64,000 bases of DNA from Abditibacterium sp. (GCA_965199495.1 CBDASK010000003.1:3488001-3552000); one strand, 5' to 3'. Positions 26,410-36,485 are shown, counted from the stretch's first letter. A program made the numbers and translations. Notes: a model not told the origin generated them from the sequence alone.

Positions 26410-27387
26410 TTATCGTGGCGTCGCCGTGGCTGCTTTGCCCGCCGGTTTCGCATCCAAACCCGCCAGCATATGCTGCAAGCCGAAGTGAATGCCGACTGTC
26501 ATCACCAACACCAAAACTCCAGCCCACAACAGCGCGAATTTCTCGTCGCGCGTGTAGGTAAAATATTTCAGATTCGGCAAAACCGCGCCCGCGCCGATAA
26601 ATAATAATCCCGGCAACGCCGGAATGTTCGGCAGAAACGTGATGCTCAATAACGCGCCCGAAACCAGCAACCACGTCGCGGCGGCGGGCGTGCGCCAGTT
26701 CATGCGATGAATCACGATGATGCCGAGCAGAAACGCTAAAAACAGGAAATCGCCGACGCCAATCGCGGGCATGGGAATCGAGAATCCGCTCCTCGCGGCG
26801 GCGTTGCCAATTTTCGGGCCTGCGGTCATCGCGGCCTGCGTCACCGGTTTGGCGGCTTCGCTCGCCATAATTTTAGAAATCGGGCCGTTAAACAAAACGC
26901 CCCAAATATCAATGATCGCGATAATTGCGCCGATTGGCCCCAACATATTGGCCGAGCGAATCATGCGCGCGAGGGAAAATCCGCCGAAAGTCGCCGCACA
27001 CAACAACGACGCGGCTTGAGCCGCAGTTGCGAAAACTTGCCCCGGCGAATCTTGAACGCCAAATCGGGGTAAACCGCCGACGAGCGGAAACAGAACGAAC
27101 TGCACGCCCAGCCACACCAAAACGCTGGCGACAAAAGCGGCGAGCGTGATCGGCAAACTCCATTCGCGGTGCGCGATACCCAGCGCGAACAACACGACGG
27201 CGCCGATATAGATTAGCGTTAATAAAACGTTGGACGCAATGGCGACGTAGATATTGGAAATCGACAGAAATGGTAGCGCGACGTTGAGCGCGAAGATAAA
27301 AAGGAGCCACCAAAACGGATGGATGCGGAGCAAGCCGTCGAATTTCTGGGGCGTCGTGGGCGCGTGCCATTCGGGTTCGGGATTCAC
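26410..27387 (-). CDS. Polytopic membrane protein, putative GxGD intramembrane aspartyl protease (presenilin/SPP-like)
   Basis: About 9 hydrophobic segments; IDIWGVLFNGP, IGVGDFLF, IPALP in canonical order. Confidence 0.75.
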   Translation of the reverse strand: MNPEPEWHAPTTPQKFDGLLRIHPFWWLLFIFALNVALPFLSISNIYVAIASNVLLTLIYIGAVVLFALGIAHREWSLPITLAAFVASVLVWLGVQFVLFPLVGGLPRFGVQDSPGQVFATAAQAASLLCAATFGGFSLARMIRSANMLGPIGAIIAIIDIWGVLFNGPISKIMASEAAKPVTQAAMTAGPKIGNAAARSGFSIPMPAIGVGDFLFLAFLLGIIVIHRMNWRTPAAATWLLVSGALLSITFLPNIPALPGLLFIGAGAVLPNLKYFTYTRDEKFALLWAGVLVLVMTVGIHFGLQHMLAGLDAKPAGKAATATPR

Positions 27388-27442
27388 CCAAGAGATTTTA
27401 CTTTATGAAGCGGGCGGATAAACTGGATTTAACAAATACATC

Positions 27443-28003
27443 ATGAAAGATCAACTCACTTCGCTCGCCGCACTCGCCTTTGTCGTCGCCGTGGCTGCTC
27501 CATCGCTGGCGCAGAATAAAAATTGGCGTATCAAGAAAACTTACGTTGTGCCGATGAAAAATGACGCCAAAGATTGCTGGAAATTGGGCGAACACGGCGA
27601 CTTGCACATCGTTTATCGCGGCGGGCGCGACGTGAAAATTACCAAAGACGGCAATGCATTAAACGATACGCATATCGCGCCCGATGGTCGCACGGTTGGT
27701 TATACAATCGGCACGCACAAGCCCTGCACCGATTGGAGTATCGGTGGCACGATGTTCGTCAATTCCAAATTAATCTTGATGCGCGACGGCAAGCCATTGC
27801 GGGCGTTTGAAGTGCCGGGCACGTTCATCGAAGGTTGGCGGTTCTGGAACCACGGGAAATATGTCGCCGTCGGTTCGCGCTGGCATCACGGCGTCGGTTA
27901 TGTGCGGCTGTTCGATGTCAAATCGGGCAAATTATTGGAGCGGATGACAACGCCGGAAGCGGAAAATAAAAAGTTGAAGTGGGCGGCGGATTTGACGGTT
28001 TGA
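27443..28003 (+). CDS. Secreted hypothetical protein with beta-propeller-like blades
   Basis: Signal peptide; IAPDGRTVGY; VRLFDVKSGK. Confidence 0.75.
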   Translation: MKDQLTSLAALAFVVAVAAPSLAQNKNWRIKKTYVVPMKNDAKDCWKLGEHGDLHIVYRGGRDVKITKDGNALNDTHIAPDGRTVGYTIGTHKPCTDWSIGGTMFVNSKLILMRDGKPLRAFEVPGTFIEGWRFWNHGKYVAVGSRWHHGVGYVRLFDVKSGKLLERMTTPEAENKKLKWAADLTV

Positions 28004-28024
28004 ACGGCGAGTAAACTACTCTTT

Positions 28025-28354
28025 ATGACCGCACTTCAAGAAGCCGAGAAACTATTGCCCGCGCTGTCGCGCGCCGAGAAAGCGCAGCTTTTGCAATGGG
28101 TCATCAACGATTTGAGCGAATCGTTTCCCGGCATTGAAAGTCGCGCGGGTGTGTGCGGCGGCGAACCTTGCATCGTGCGCACGCGGATTCCGGTTTGGGC
28201 GTTGGAACAGATGCGCAGATTGGGCGTCGCCGAAGCGGATATTTTGCGCAGTTACCCCACACTTCGCGCCGAAGATTTGGCGCACGCTTGGGATTATGTG
28301 CGCGCGTACCGTGGCGAAATCGAGCATCAGATTGACGAAAACGAGGGCGCTTGA
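28025..28354 (+). CDS. DUF433 family antitoxin
   Basis: GVCGGEPCIVRTRIPV...ILRSYPTL. Confidence 0.92.
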   Translation: MTALQEAEKLLPALSRAEKAQLLQWVINDLSESFPGIESRAGVCGGEPCIVRTRIPVWALEQMRRLGVAEADILRSYPTLRAEDLAHAWDYVRAYRGEIEHQIDENEGA

Positions 28355-28355
28355 T

Positions 28356-28709
28356 ATGGCAAAACTTTATTCCAACGAGAATTTTCCTTTGCCCGCCGTC
28401 CAAGAATTGCGTCGCTTGGGACACAATGTTCTAACCGTCGCCGAAGCTGGGCACGCCGACCAAGCGATTCCCGCTGAAGAAGTTTTGGCTTTCGCCATGA
28501 GTTCGGGCCGCGCGGTTTTAACGATCAATCGTAAGCATTTCATCAAATTGCACCACGCGCAACCCAATCACGCGGGCATCATCGTTTGCACGCTCGACGC
28601 AGATTTCGTCGGGCAAGCGGGGCGCATTGATGAAGCGTTAAACGAGAATGTGGATTTGTCGGGCGCGTTGTTGCGCGTCAATCGGCTTCAACAGGGAGAA
28701 GCAAAATGA
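28356..28709 (+). CDS. DUF5615 PIN-like toxin
   Basis: MAKLYSNENFP...LRRLGHNV...RAVLTINRKHF...HAGII; directly after DUF433. Confidence 0.9.
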   Translation: MAKLYSNENFPLPAVQELRRLGHNVLTVAEAGHADQAIPAEEVLAFAMSSGRAVLTINRKHFIKLHHAQPNHAGIIVCTLDADFVGQAGRIDEALNENVDLSGALLRVNRLQQGEAK

Positions 28710-28966
28710 ATGAAGTTCAGATTTTAAGAAAACGTGTCGCCGCTTTGGCGCTCGATTATTGCGAGGAAAGGATTACTTACCAACAGTTCCTTGATTCTAT
28801 TCACAGAAAGTCAGTAGACGATGAGGAAGATGGCGGCGCAGAAGAATTGGTTGATATGATTACGCACGGATCACACGTCGGCGGCTTTTTCGGCATCAGC
28901 CGTGCCCAAGGCGAAAAGGATCGCGCCGAAATTTTGGCGCTCATTGCTAAGTTGCAACGAGAATAA
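28706..28966 (+). CDS. Small hypothetical protein
   Basis: ATGA overlap with the toxin stop; RBS AGGGAG. Confidence 0.65.
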   Translation: MNEVQILRKRVAALALDYCEERITYQQFLDSIHRKSVDDEEDGGAEELVDMITHGSHVGGFFGISRAQGEKDRAEILALIAKLQRE

Positions 28967-28970
28967 ACCG

Positions 28971-30230
28971 TTAGCCCAACCGCTCCATCACTTCACACGC
29001 CGCGCGCGGCCCGTTTTCGGCGCGCACGCGTTTGCCCAATTCGCGCGCATAGCCCGCGCAATCGTCGCGCGCTTCGGCCATAATTTCCAACGCGAAATCG
29101 CCGCGCGAACCGCGCTCATATAAACGCCGCGAAATGCTGCGACCGACGCCTAATTTGCGGATGCGGCGCGCGTTGTCGGGTTGGTCGTGCGCGTAGGGCA
29201 TCACCAATTGCGGGACTCCGGCGCGCAGAGCTTGCGCCGTCGTGCCCGCGCCGCCTTGATGAACGATGAGACTGGCACGCGGAAAAATCTCGGAGTGCGG
29301 CGCGTAACCAACTTCCAAAACGTTGTCGGGCCAATCTATGTTAGTCGGCTCGCCGGTTAGCAAAACGGCGCGTGCGTTTAAGCGCGTGGCGTATTCGGCG
29401 CTGCGATTCCAGAATTCGCCCGCATCATAAACCGCCGAACTGCCCAGCGTGAAGACAATTGGCGCGGCGCCCTGAATTGACCAATAACGCCAATCGTCGT
29501 CTTCGTCGAGTTGGTTTTCGTAGCCGTCGGCGTCGTAGAAGCAGAAGCCGGTGGCTGTTGTGTTCGATGGCCAATCTTTTTGCGGTTTGGCGAAGTTTGG
29601 AGAGAATAACGCGAGATTGCCAAACGGCGAGAATTGGCCCTCGAACATCGGATGTTCGCCTTCCAAACCCATTTCGGCGCGCAATTGTTCGACGGGCGCG
29701 ATCCAACTGCGCGTGCTGGCTTTGCCGATGCCGTAATAAATTTTGGGCCAAAGTGGGGCAAGAACGCGCAGGAAATCCAAAAATGGCGCGGTCGGTGGAG
29801 TCGCCACGTCGAGTTCACTCCACAGCGAAATCGGCGCTAAAACGCTCGAAAGCCATTTTTTATTTAACTTGCGCGCGGCCAACGGCCCGCCCAGCGCGGC
29901 GGGATGCGTCACAATTAAATCGGCGTCGGCGCAGGCTTCCAATAAATCATCGGTTTGCTCGCGGATGAAGGGCGAAAGCATTTCTTGAAATAAATAGCGT
30001 GGGCCGTCTTTGGCGTTCATCACGCGTTGGGCGAGCGGGCCGTATTCGTCGTGCGAGGGCAAATCGGGGCGAACCGGGCGAAACTTTAAGCCCAAACCTT
30101 CGACTTTGGCGCGATATTTGGGCGCCGTTGCGAGTATCGGTTCGTGACCGCGATTTTGCGCTTCGAGGGCAATCGCTAAATACGGGTGAATATCGCCCAG
30201 CGAGCCGAACGTGGAGAAAATAATACGCAT
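28971..30230 (-). CDS. GT1-family glycosyltransferase (RhlB-like)
   Basis: TFGSLGDIHPYLA, FTLGSS, HQGGAGTT, AHDQPDNA. Confidence 0.93.
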   Translation of the reverse strand: MRIIFSTFGSLGDIHPYLAIALEAQNRGHEPILATAPKYRAKVEGLGLKFRPVRPDLPSHDEYGPLAQRVMNAKDGPRYLFQEMLSPFIREQTDDLLEACADADLIVTHPAALGGPLAARKLNKKWLSSVLAPISLWSELDVATPPTAPFLDFLRVLAPLWPKIYYGIGKASTRSWIAPVEQLRAEMGLEGEHPMFEGQFSPFGNLALFSPNFAKPQKDWPSNTTATGFCFYDADGYENQLDEDDDWRYWSIQGAAPIVFTLGSSAVYDAGEFWNRSAEYATRLNARAVLLTGEPTNIDWPDNVLEVGYAPHSEIFPRASLIVHQGGAGTTAQALRAGVPQLVMPYAHDQPDNARRIRKLGVGRSISRRLYERGSRGDFALEIMAEARDDCAGYARELGKRVRAENGPRAACEVMERLG

Positions 30231-31218
30231 GAACTATGTAAATCTGGGGCGCACCGGCGCCAAAGTGTCGCCGCTCTGTTTGGGCTGCATGAACTTCGGC
30301 TGGGGCACCGAGGGCGACGAAGCCGTCGCGATTATGCACCGCGCGCTCGATGCCGGTCTGAATTTCTGGGATACCGCCGATGTTTATGGCAAAGGCAATT
30401 CCGAAAAAGTCGTCGGCAAAGCGTTGGAAGGCAAACGCGACGAAGTGTTTCTGGCCACCAAAGTTCACGGCAAAATGGGCGACGGGCCAAACGATGAAGG
30501 CAATTCGCGCCTGCACATCATCAAAGGCTGCGAAGACAGTTTGCGCCGTTTGAACATTGACCACATCGATTTGTATCAAATTCACCGCCCGCAAAACGAT
30601 ATTCCCATTGACGAAACGTTGCGCGCATTAGACGATTTGGTCACATCGGGCAAAGTTCGCTACGTCGGCACTTCGACCTTCGCGGCCTATCAAATCGTCG
30701 AAAGTTTGTGGGCCAGCGAAAAGTTCGGCATCAACCGTTTCGTGTGTGAGCAGCCGCCGTATAATCTGCTGGATCGGCGCATCGAACGCGAACTGTTGCC
30801 GGTTTGCCAAACTTACGGTTTGGGTGTGATTCCGTGGAGTCCGCTCGGTGGCGGAATGTTGACGGGCAAATACAAACGCGATGAACCCGCGCCCGCAGGT
30901 TCGCGCTTTGCCGATGGCAAGTTTCGCGGCAAACCGGTTTCGGACGCGACGTGGGATGTCGTCGAAGGTTTGCGCGCTTTGAGCGAAGACAAAGGCGTGA
31001 AGATGGACGCGTTCGCTCTGGCGTGGGTGGGCGCGCAAAAAGGTGTGACGAGTCCGATTATCGGGCCGAGTTCGATGGAGCAGTTGGAAGATAATCTCAA
31101 GGCAATGGATATCGAAATTACCGAAGATGACAACAAGCGCGTTGACGAACTGATCGCGCCGGGCACATCGGTCGCCGAGTTTTATAGCGCCGACTGGAAA
31201 GCGCCGCTTTATCGGTAG
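30229..31218 (+). CDS. Aldo/keto reductase
   Basis: LGRTGAKVSPLCLGCMNFG, DTADVY, LATK, SLRRL..DHIDLYQIH, WSPLGGG. Confidence 0.96.
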   Translation: MNYVNLGRTGAKVSPLCLGCMNFGWGTEGDEAVAIMHRALDAGLNFWDTADVYGKGNSEKVVGKALEGKRDEVFLATKVHGKMGDGPNDEGNSRLHIIKGCEDSLRRLNIDHIDLYQIHRPQNDIPIDETLRALDDLVTSGKVRYVGTSTFAAYQIVESLWASEKFGINRFVCEQPPYNLLDRRIERELLPVCQTYGLGVIPWSPLGGGMLTGKYKRDEPAPAGSRFADGKFRGKPVSDATWDVVEGLRALSEDKGVKMDAFALAWVGAQKGVTSPIIGPSSMEQLEDNLKAMDIEITEDDNKRVDELIAPGTSVAEFYSADWKAPLYR

Positions 31219-31255
31219 CGTCTCTACGGGCGTATTGACAGGAATCAAAACCACC

Positions 31256-32092
31256 ATGAAAATCTCAATTCCTTTTCTCGCAATGGCAAGTTGCGCTCTG
31301 CTCTCGCCGATTTCTCAAGCCATGCCCACTGCTCCGCGTCTGGTCGGCAAAGTTTTTCCGTTGGGCGCGACCGATGAAAAATCCGAGATTGCGTTGGGCG
31401 GCGCCTATTTTTCCGGCAAAGGCTGGCGCGACGATGCTCAATCGAAAGGTTCGCTTTTGCCCGGCGTGCGCTGGCAACTGTTCGGCCTGAACGGCGCTGG
31501 GCCGAGCGTGACCAGCGACAAAGGCCAAATTGACGATGTGCCGCAATCTTATTACGCCCATCTGCGCGAAAAAGTGAGGGGCGAGAATGCCATGCTGGCG
31601 ATTTCTAACGCTGGCCCCGGCGCGCAGCCACGTCTGCCGCGCGCGCAGAACCTGAATCAGGAAACCTATCAACGCGCCGTGGCTGCTCTTCTGCGCGCGC
31701 AGGGTTTGAACGTGACTCGCGCCAAATTAACGCAGTTGATGCGCGTAGACCTCAACGGCGACGGCATCGAAGAAGTATTGATGACGGCGCAATCGCGGCC
31801 TGATTACGGGCACACATCCGAAGCAAGAAAGGGTGATTATTCGCTGTTGGCGCTGCGCTATGTGGATCATGGCGTCGTCAAAACGGCGGTTTTAGATTCG
31901 AGCATTTCAACCAAAAACGTGGCGTTTTCGGCGCCCGGCTATTGCGAATTGATGTGCTGCGTGGATGTAGATGGCGACGGCAAAATGGAAATTGTCACGA
32001 ACAACGGTTATTACGAAGGCAACGGTTTCGAGGTCTGGAAGTTCGACGGGAAAAAGCTCGAATCCGTCATCAACGCCGGTTGGGGCGTGTAA
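31256..32092 (+). CDS. Secreted hypothetical protein with two DxDGDG calcium-binding-like loops
   Basis: Signal peptide; VDLNGDGIEE; VDVDGDGKMEI. Confidence 0.8.
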   Translation: MKISIPFLAMASCALLSPISQAMPTAPRLVGKVFPLGATDEKSEIALGGAYFSGKGWRDDAQSKGSLLPGVRWQLFGLNGAGPSVTSDKGQIDDVPQSYYAHLREKVRGENAMLAISNAGPGAQPRLPRAQNLNQETYQRAVAALLRAQGLNVTRAKLTQLMRVDLNGDGIEEVLMTAQSRPDYGHTSEARKGDYSLLALRYVDHGVVKTAVLDSSISTKNVAFSAPGYCELMCCVDVDGDGKMEIVTNNGYYEGNGFEVWKFDGKKLESVINAGWGV

Positions 32093-32177
32093 TTGCGATC
32101 GCAGATTTGCGACGGGTGACAATGGATGACGGATAATAAATACCGTCCGAAGAAAATCTGACATCTAATTATCCGAA

Positions 32178-33368
32178 ATGTATAAAACCTCCGATGCCTT
32201 GGTCATCCGTTATGTTGGGTTTGGGTTGCTTTTTATCGCCGCCGCCACGCTGGTTTATCTGGTGCGCGATGCGTTGCCTGTTTTTATCGTGGCGGGTCTG
32301 CTGGCGTTTGCGCTCGAACCCATTTTGCAACGTCTGGAAAAGAGCGGGCGCTCGCGCTTGAAAGCGGTCGGTTTTGTCTTTGTTGTTATCTTGCTGCTGG
32401 GTTCGATTCTACTGTCATTGTTGGCGGCGGCGTTCCAGCAGGGACAAGTCTTTGTCACCAACATTGATACCTATAACAAGGAAGTTCTGGATTTAATTGA
32501 CTCGAATAAAACACGTTTGGACAACTCGAAGTTACCCGCGCCAGTCAAGAAGTCCATCCACGAAGCCATCGAAAACAACTTGCAAAATTTGAACGAGCGG
32601 GTGCCCGCATTAGCCACCGGTTTCGCGGCGCGCACGCTGGCGGGCACCGGATCGTTTCTGGCCAATTTATTTTTGCTCAACCTGCTGACGTTTGGATTCA
32701 TGCTCGAAGCCAAGCGCATTAAAGCGCGTTTGCTGATGACCGTGCCGCCCTTCTACCGGCGCGATGTTATTGATTTGGCGACTTCAATCAATGAATTATT
32801 GGGCCGTTACGTGCGCGGCCAACTCATCGTGTGCGCGTTTTTCGGCGCGTGTTGTACCGTCGCCTTCGAGATCATTAGCCGCGTCTTTGGCATGCAATAC
32901 CCGCTCGTGCTGGGCGCGATTGCGGCGGTGATTTATGTGTTGCCCTACTTCGGTCTGGCGGTCGTTTTCGTGATTTCTATCGCGACGGCCTACCTCACCT
33001 CCGACCAGCCACTGGCGGCGGCTGGCGCGGTTTTGGCCAGTATCCTCGTGATCAATTTGACGACCGACTACGCCGTGGCTCCTCGCGTGCTGGGGCGCGG
33101 CGTGGGTTTGCATCCGCTTTTGGTTATCTTCGCCCTCGTCTGCGGCTTTCACGTCGGCGGCCCATTGGGAACGGTCGTCGCCGTCCCGTTGCTGGCGTCG
33201 CTCCGTGTAATCGCGATTTATTTATTCCCCCAATTGGCCGCGCCCATTCCCACCGAAGAAGCGATTTTCCCCGATTTGCCCACGCCGCCCGAACCCCAAG
33301 CGACAATTGCTCAAGTCGCCGCTGCCGAAAATTCGGTGGAAGGCCCACTGGAAGCGCAAACTAATTAA
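32178..33368 (+). CDS. AI-2E family transporter
   Basis: AFALEP, YVRGQLIV, LPYFG, PRVLGRGVGLHP, AVPLLA. Confidence 0.93.
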   Translation: MYKTSDALVIRYVGFGLLFIAAATLVYLVRDALPVFIVAGLLAFALEPILQRLEKSGRSRLKAVGFVFVVILLLGSILLSLLAAAFQQGQVFVTNIDTYNKEVLDLIDSNKTRLDNSKLPAPVKKSIHEAIENNLQNLNERVPALATGFAARTLAGTGSFLANLFLLNLLTFGFMLEAKRIKARLLMTVPPFYRRDVIDLATSINELLGRYVRGQLIVCAFFGACCTVAFEIISRVFGMQYPLVLGAIAAVIYVLPYFGLAVVFVISIATAYLTSDQPLAAAGAVLASILVINLTTDYAVAPRVLGRGVGLHPLLVIFALVCGFHVGGPLGTVVAVPLLASLRVIAIYLFPQLAAPIPTEEAIFPDLPTPPEPQATIAQVAAAENSVEGPLEAQTN

Positions 33369-33407
33369 AGGTTCTTTGTGGTTTTTAAAACGGTAACGCC
33401 TTTTCCA

Positions 33408-34571
33408 TCAACCGTTTGTTTTCCCGAAAACCAAACACGTCGGATCGTTTTTCACGCCCTCGAACTTGCTGGAAAACCTCAGCTCTCCCGTTTTCGCATC
33501 AAAAGCAAAAACTGAAATCGAGCGTTCTTTTTGATTGCCAACCGAAACCCATTTACCCGTCGGATCGAAGGTGAAATGGCGCGGTTCCTTGCCGACTTTC
33601 GTCCAACCCAAAACTTTCAACGTGCCGTCGCGCCCAATCGCGTAACGCGCGATGCTGTCGTAGCCGCGATTGGACGCGTAGAGATATTTGCCGTCGGGCG
33701 AAACCACAATTTCGGCGCCCGTGCTATAACCGGTGAAATCGGCGGGCAAAGTCGAAATCGTCTGAATCGCGCCCGGCACTCCGCGCGCGCCTTGAAACAC
33801 CGAAACCGTATCGCCCAGTTCGCTGACGATATAGACGAATTGACCGTTGCGGCCAAACGCCAGATGGCGCGGCCCACTGCCGGGCGCGACCGCCGCAAAC
33901 GCGGGCACGCTCGGTTTGACGGCGCCGGTTTGCGCATCGAAATCGTAAATCATCGCCTTGTCAATGCCCAAATCCACGATCCAAATGCGTTTGTTATCCG
34001 GCGAAATCATCGCTTGATGCGCGTGCGGACTTTGCTGGCGACCCGCGTTGGGGCCGCTGCCTTGGTGTTGAAATGTCTCTTTGAGCGGGCCGACTTTGCC
34101 ATCGCTTTCGAGCGGCCAAATGCTCCATGTGCCGGAATTATAGTAAGCGCCGACCAGCCACTGACCAGTCGCATCTATAGCGAGAGAAACCGGATTGTCA
34201 GCGCCGACTTGCTCCGAAATCGCGCGCAATTCGCCATCGCTTTCGACAGAAAACGCGGTCAACCCGCTTTTACCGGCGAGCGTGCCGCCCGCGTAAAGTC
34301 TGTGGCCGTTGGGCGATAAAGTCAGCCAGTCGGGATTGGAAATTTGCGCGACCACGCGCAAATCGTGGAGCGTGCCGGTGGCTGCATCGAAGCGCAAGGC
34401 GCACAGGCCCTCGCCCTCTTTCGAGGTGTAGCCACCGGCATAGAGATCGTAAGTTTTGTTTTCGATAGGGTCTTTGCCCTCGGCGCGCGCGACCGATTTC
34501 CAGAGCAGCGATGCGGAAAGGAATGCGCCCATCAGAGCGAGGGCGGCCCAAGGCCAGCGAGAGCGAATCAT
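33408..34571 (-). CDS. Lactonase family protein (6-phosphogluconolactonase-like), exported
   Basis: RQQSPHAH, DLGID, GSGPRH, YASNRG, PRHF. Confidence 0.93.
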   Translation of the reverse strand: MIRSRWPWAALALMGAFLSASLLWKSVARAEGKDPIENKTYDLYAGGYTSKEGEGLCALRFDAATGTLHDLRVVAQISNPDWLTLSPNGHRLYAGGTLAGKSGLTAFSVESDGELRAISEQVGADNPVSLAIDATGQWLVGAYYNSGTWSIWPLESDGKVGPLKETFQHQGSGPNAGRQQSPHAHQAMISPDNKRIWIVDLGIDKAMIYDFDAQTGAVKPSVPAFAAVAPGSGPRHLAFGRNGQFVYIVSELGDTVSVFQGARGVPGAIQTISTLPADFTGYSTGAEIVVSPDGKYLYASNRGYDSIARYAIGRDGTLKVLGWTKVGKEPRHFTFDPTGKWVSVGNQKERSISVFAFDAKTGELRFSSKFEGVKNDPTCLVFGKTNG

Positions 34572-34756
34572 GGAGAAGTGTTGGAGTTATAACGCGTATT
34601 GTTGAGGAATTGCGCGTTGATTGATGGATGAGCGCAGAGTTTGCGCGAATTAATGTCAATGCGCGCGACGCGCGGGCAGGAAGCAAAAGTCAAACTGGGA
34701 TTTCCTCGAAAACCGTTCGCCATTTCGCGACAAATGTGAGCGGTTCCGATCACGCG

Positions 34757-36187
34757 ATGAGTTTATTTCTCAAGATATTCCTCTGGTTCTGGGGCGCAAT
34801 GGCGATTTTGGCGCTGGCGCTGTCGGCGGTGCAGGTGACTACGCGTGACGATCTGGTTTTCTCCCCCAAATCGAGCTTAATGGTGGACGCTTTGGGGGCT
34901 TATGGCATCGCGGCGGTGGACAAATACGAGAGATACGGCTCTGCTGCTCTGGGGAAATATCTGCGCGATATAGAAAAGAAAAAGAAGGTGCAGGTCTATC
35001 TCTTCGATCCGACGGGCATGCAAATCGGCAACGCCGCCGATGAACAAGCGCCCGCCGATGTGCTTTATCTGGCCGACCAGACCGCTCGTTCCTTTCCGGG
35101 CAACTTCCAAATTTCGACGTTTCGCGTGATGGCGACGGTGCCGATTATTTCGCCGAATGGGCGCGGAGTTTATGTTTTTTGCGGCGCCGTCTCGCGCAAC
35201 CAACTTTCGGCGACGCGCACGGCGTTGTCCACGCGACTGATTCAGTTGGTGATTATCGGTCTGGTCACCGGCCTGTTTTGTTACAGTTTGGCGCGTTATC
35301 TGGCGGCGCCCGTCGGCAAAATTCGGTCGGCGGCGCAGCGTCTGGCGCAGGGCGATCTGTCGGCGCGCGTCGAACCCAACCACTTCCCGCGCGGCAAAGA
35401 CGAGATCTCCCGACTGGCGCGCGATTTCGACACGATGGCGAGCCGTCTCGAAGGTTTGGTCACGGCGCAAAACCGCTTGCTGGGCGACGTTTCGCACGAA
35501 CTACGCACGCCTTTAACGCGCCTCAATTTGGCGCTCGAACTGGCGCGGCGCGGCGAAGAAGTCAAGCGCGAAGCGGCGCTCAATCGCATTGAGCGCGAAT
35601 CGCAGCGTTTGGAGGAATTGATTCGCGAATTGCTGACGCTTTCGCGATTGGAAAATGGTTTGCCCGCCTCCAAACTGAACACGCCACTCGATTTGGCCGA
35701 ACTGGCCCACGAAATCGCCGCCGACGCCGACTTCGAGGCGCGCGGCGCCGGGCGCGGCGTGCGCGTTCAATATCTGGGCGCGCAGAATCATGTGATGACG
35801 CGTGGTGATGGCGAACTTTTGCGACGCGCCATCGAAAACCTGACGCGCAATGCGTTGCGCCACACCTTTAACGATACCGTCGTCGAAATCGAACTGAGCG
35901 CGCGCAATGGCGACTTGATTTTAGCCGTCAAAGATCGCGGCCCCGGCGTGCCACCCGAAGAGTTGGAAGCGATTTTTCGTCCGTTCTATCGCGTGGAAAA
36001 CGCGCGCGAACGCGGCGAGGCCGACCGGGGCACTGGTCTGGGACTGGCCATCGCCGAACGCGCTGTCAGCGCTCACGGTGGACACATCGAAGCCATGAAT
36101 CGCGAAGACGGCGGTTTGTGTGTCGCCATCGAATTGCCGCAGGTCAAAGAAAACGGACGCAATCATCACGAGGGCAAAACGGGCTGA
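34757..36187 (+). CDS. HAMP-domain sensor histidine kinase (CpxA-like)
   Basis: Two TM segments, HAMP, DVSHELRTPL, ENLTRNA, DRGPG, GTGLGL. Confidence 0.95.
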   Translation: MSLFLKIFLWFWGAMAILALALSAVQVTTRDDLVFSPKSSLMVDALGAYGIAAVDKYERYGSAALGKYLRDIEKKKKVQVYLFDPTGMQIGNAADEQAPADVLYLADQTARSFPGNFQISTFRVMATVPIISPNGRGVYVFCGAVSRNQLSATRTALSTRLIQLVIIGLVTGLFCYSLARYLAAPVGKIRSAAQRLAQGDLSARVEPNHFPRGKDEISRLARDFDTMASRLEGLVTAQNRLLGDVSHELRTPLTRLNLALELARRGEEVKREAALNRIERESQRLEELIRELLTLSRLENGLPASKLNTPLDLAELAHEIAADADFEARGAGRGVRVQYLGAQNHVMTRGDGELLRRAIENLTRNALRHTFNDTVVEIELSARNGDLILAVKDRGPGVPPEELEAIFRPFYRVENARERGEADRGTGLGLAIAERAVSAHGGHIEAMNREDGGLCVAIELPQVKENGRNHHEGKTG

Positions 36188-36435
36188 TTATACCTCGATC
36201 AACCTAAGCCACCGGTTCACGGTCACAAATAATTTCTCCAAACTCAACGGGTCGTTTTTGAGTTGCCTTCGCAAAATTGTTCTTTGTTTTCACCCATAAA
36301 TTTAAATTTTGAATCAAGCTGGTTTTATGTGGTTTTACTATCTTGACCAATAAAGGATTCGAGTTGCGCGCCGTCCGATATTTAATTAATTCTGAGGCAA
36401 AGAGCATGGCGCGGTAAAAAGTTGTCAGGTTCTGT

Positions 36436-36485
36436 GCAACAAACCACAATTCTAAAAAACGCAACAAACCACAATTCTAAAAAAC
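36436..36485 (+). repeat. Perfect 25-bp tandem duplication in an AT-rich promoter region
   Basis: GCAACAAACCACAATTCTAAAAAAC twice. Confidence 0.9.

Noticed and set aside
32105..32177. Weak GATGACG/ATCTGAC heptamer-like pattern
   Set aside because: Too degenerate to call as a repeat
34585..34756. N-terminal extension of the histidine kinase from 34628 and a possible degenerate repeat
   Set aside because: The family-typical start is MSLFLKIFLWFW at 34757; the repeat-like pattern is too weak to define
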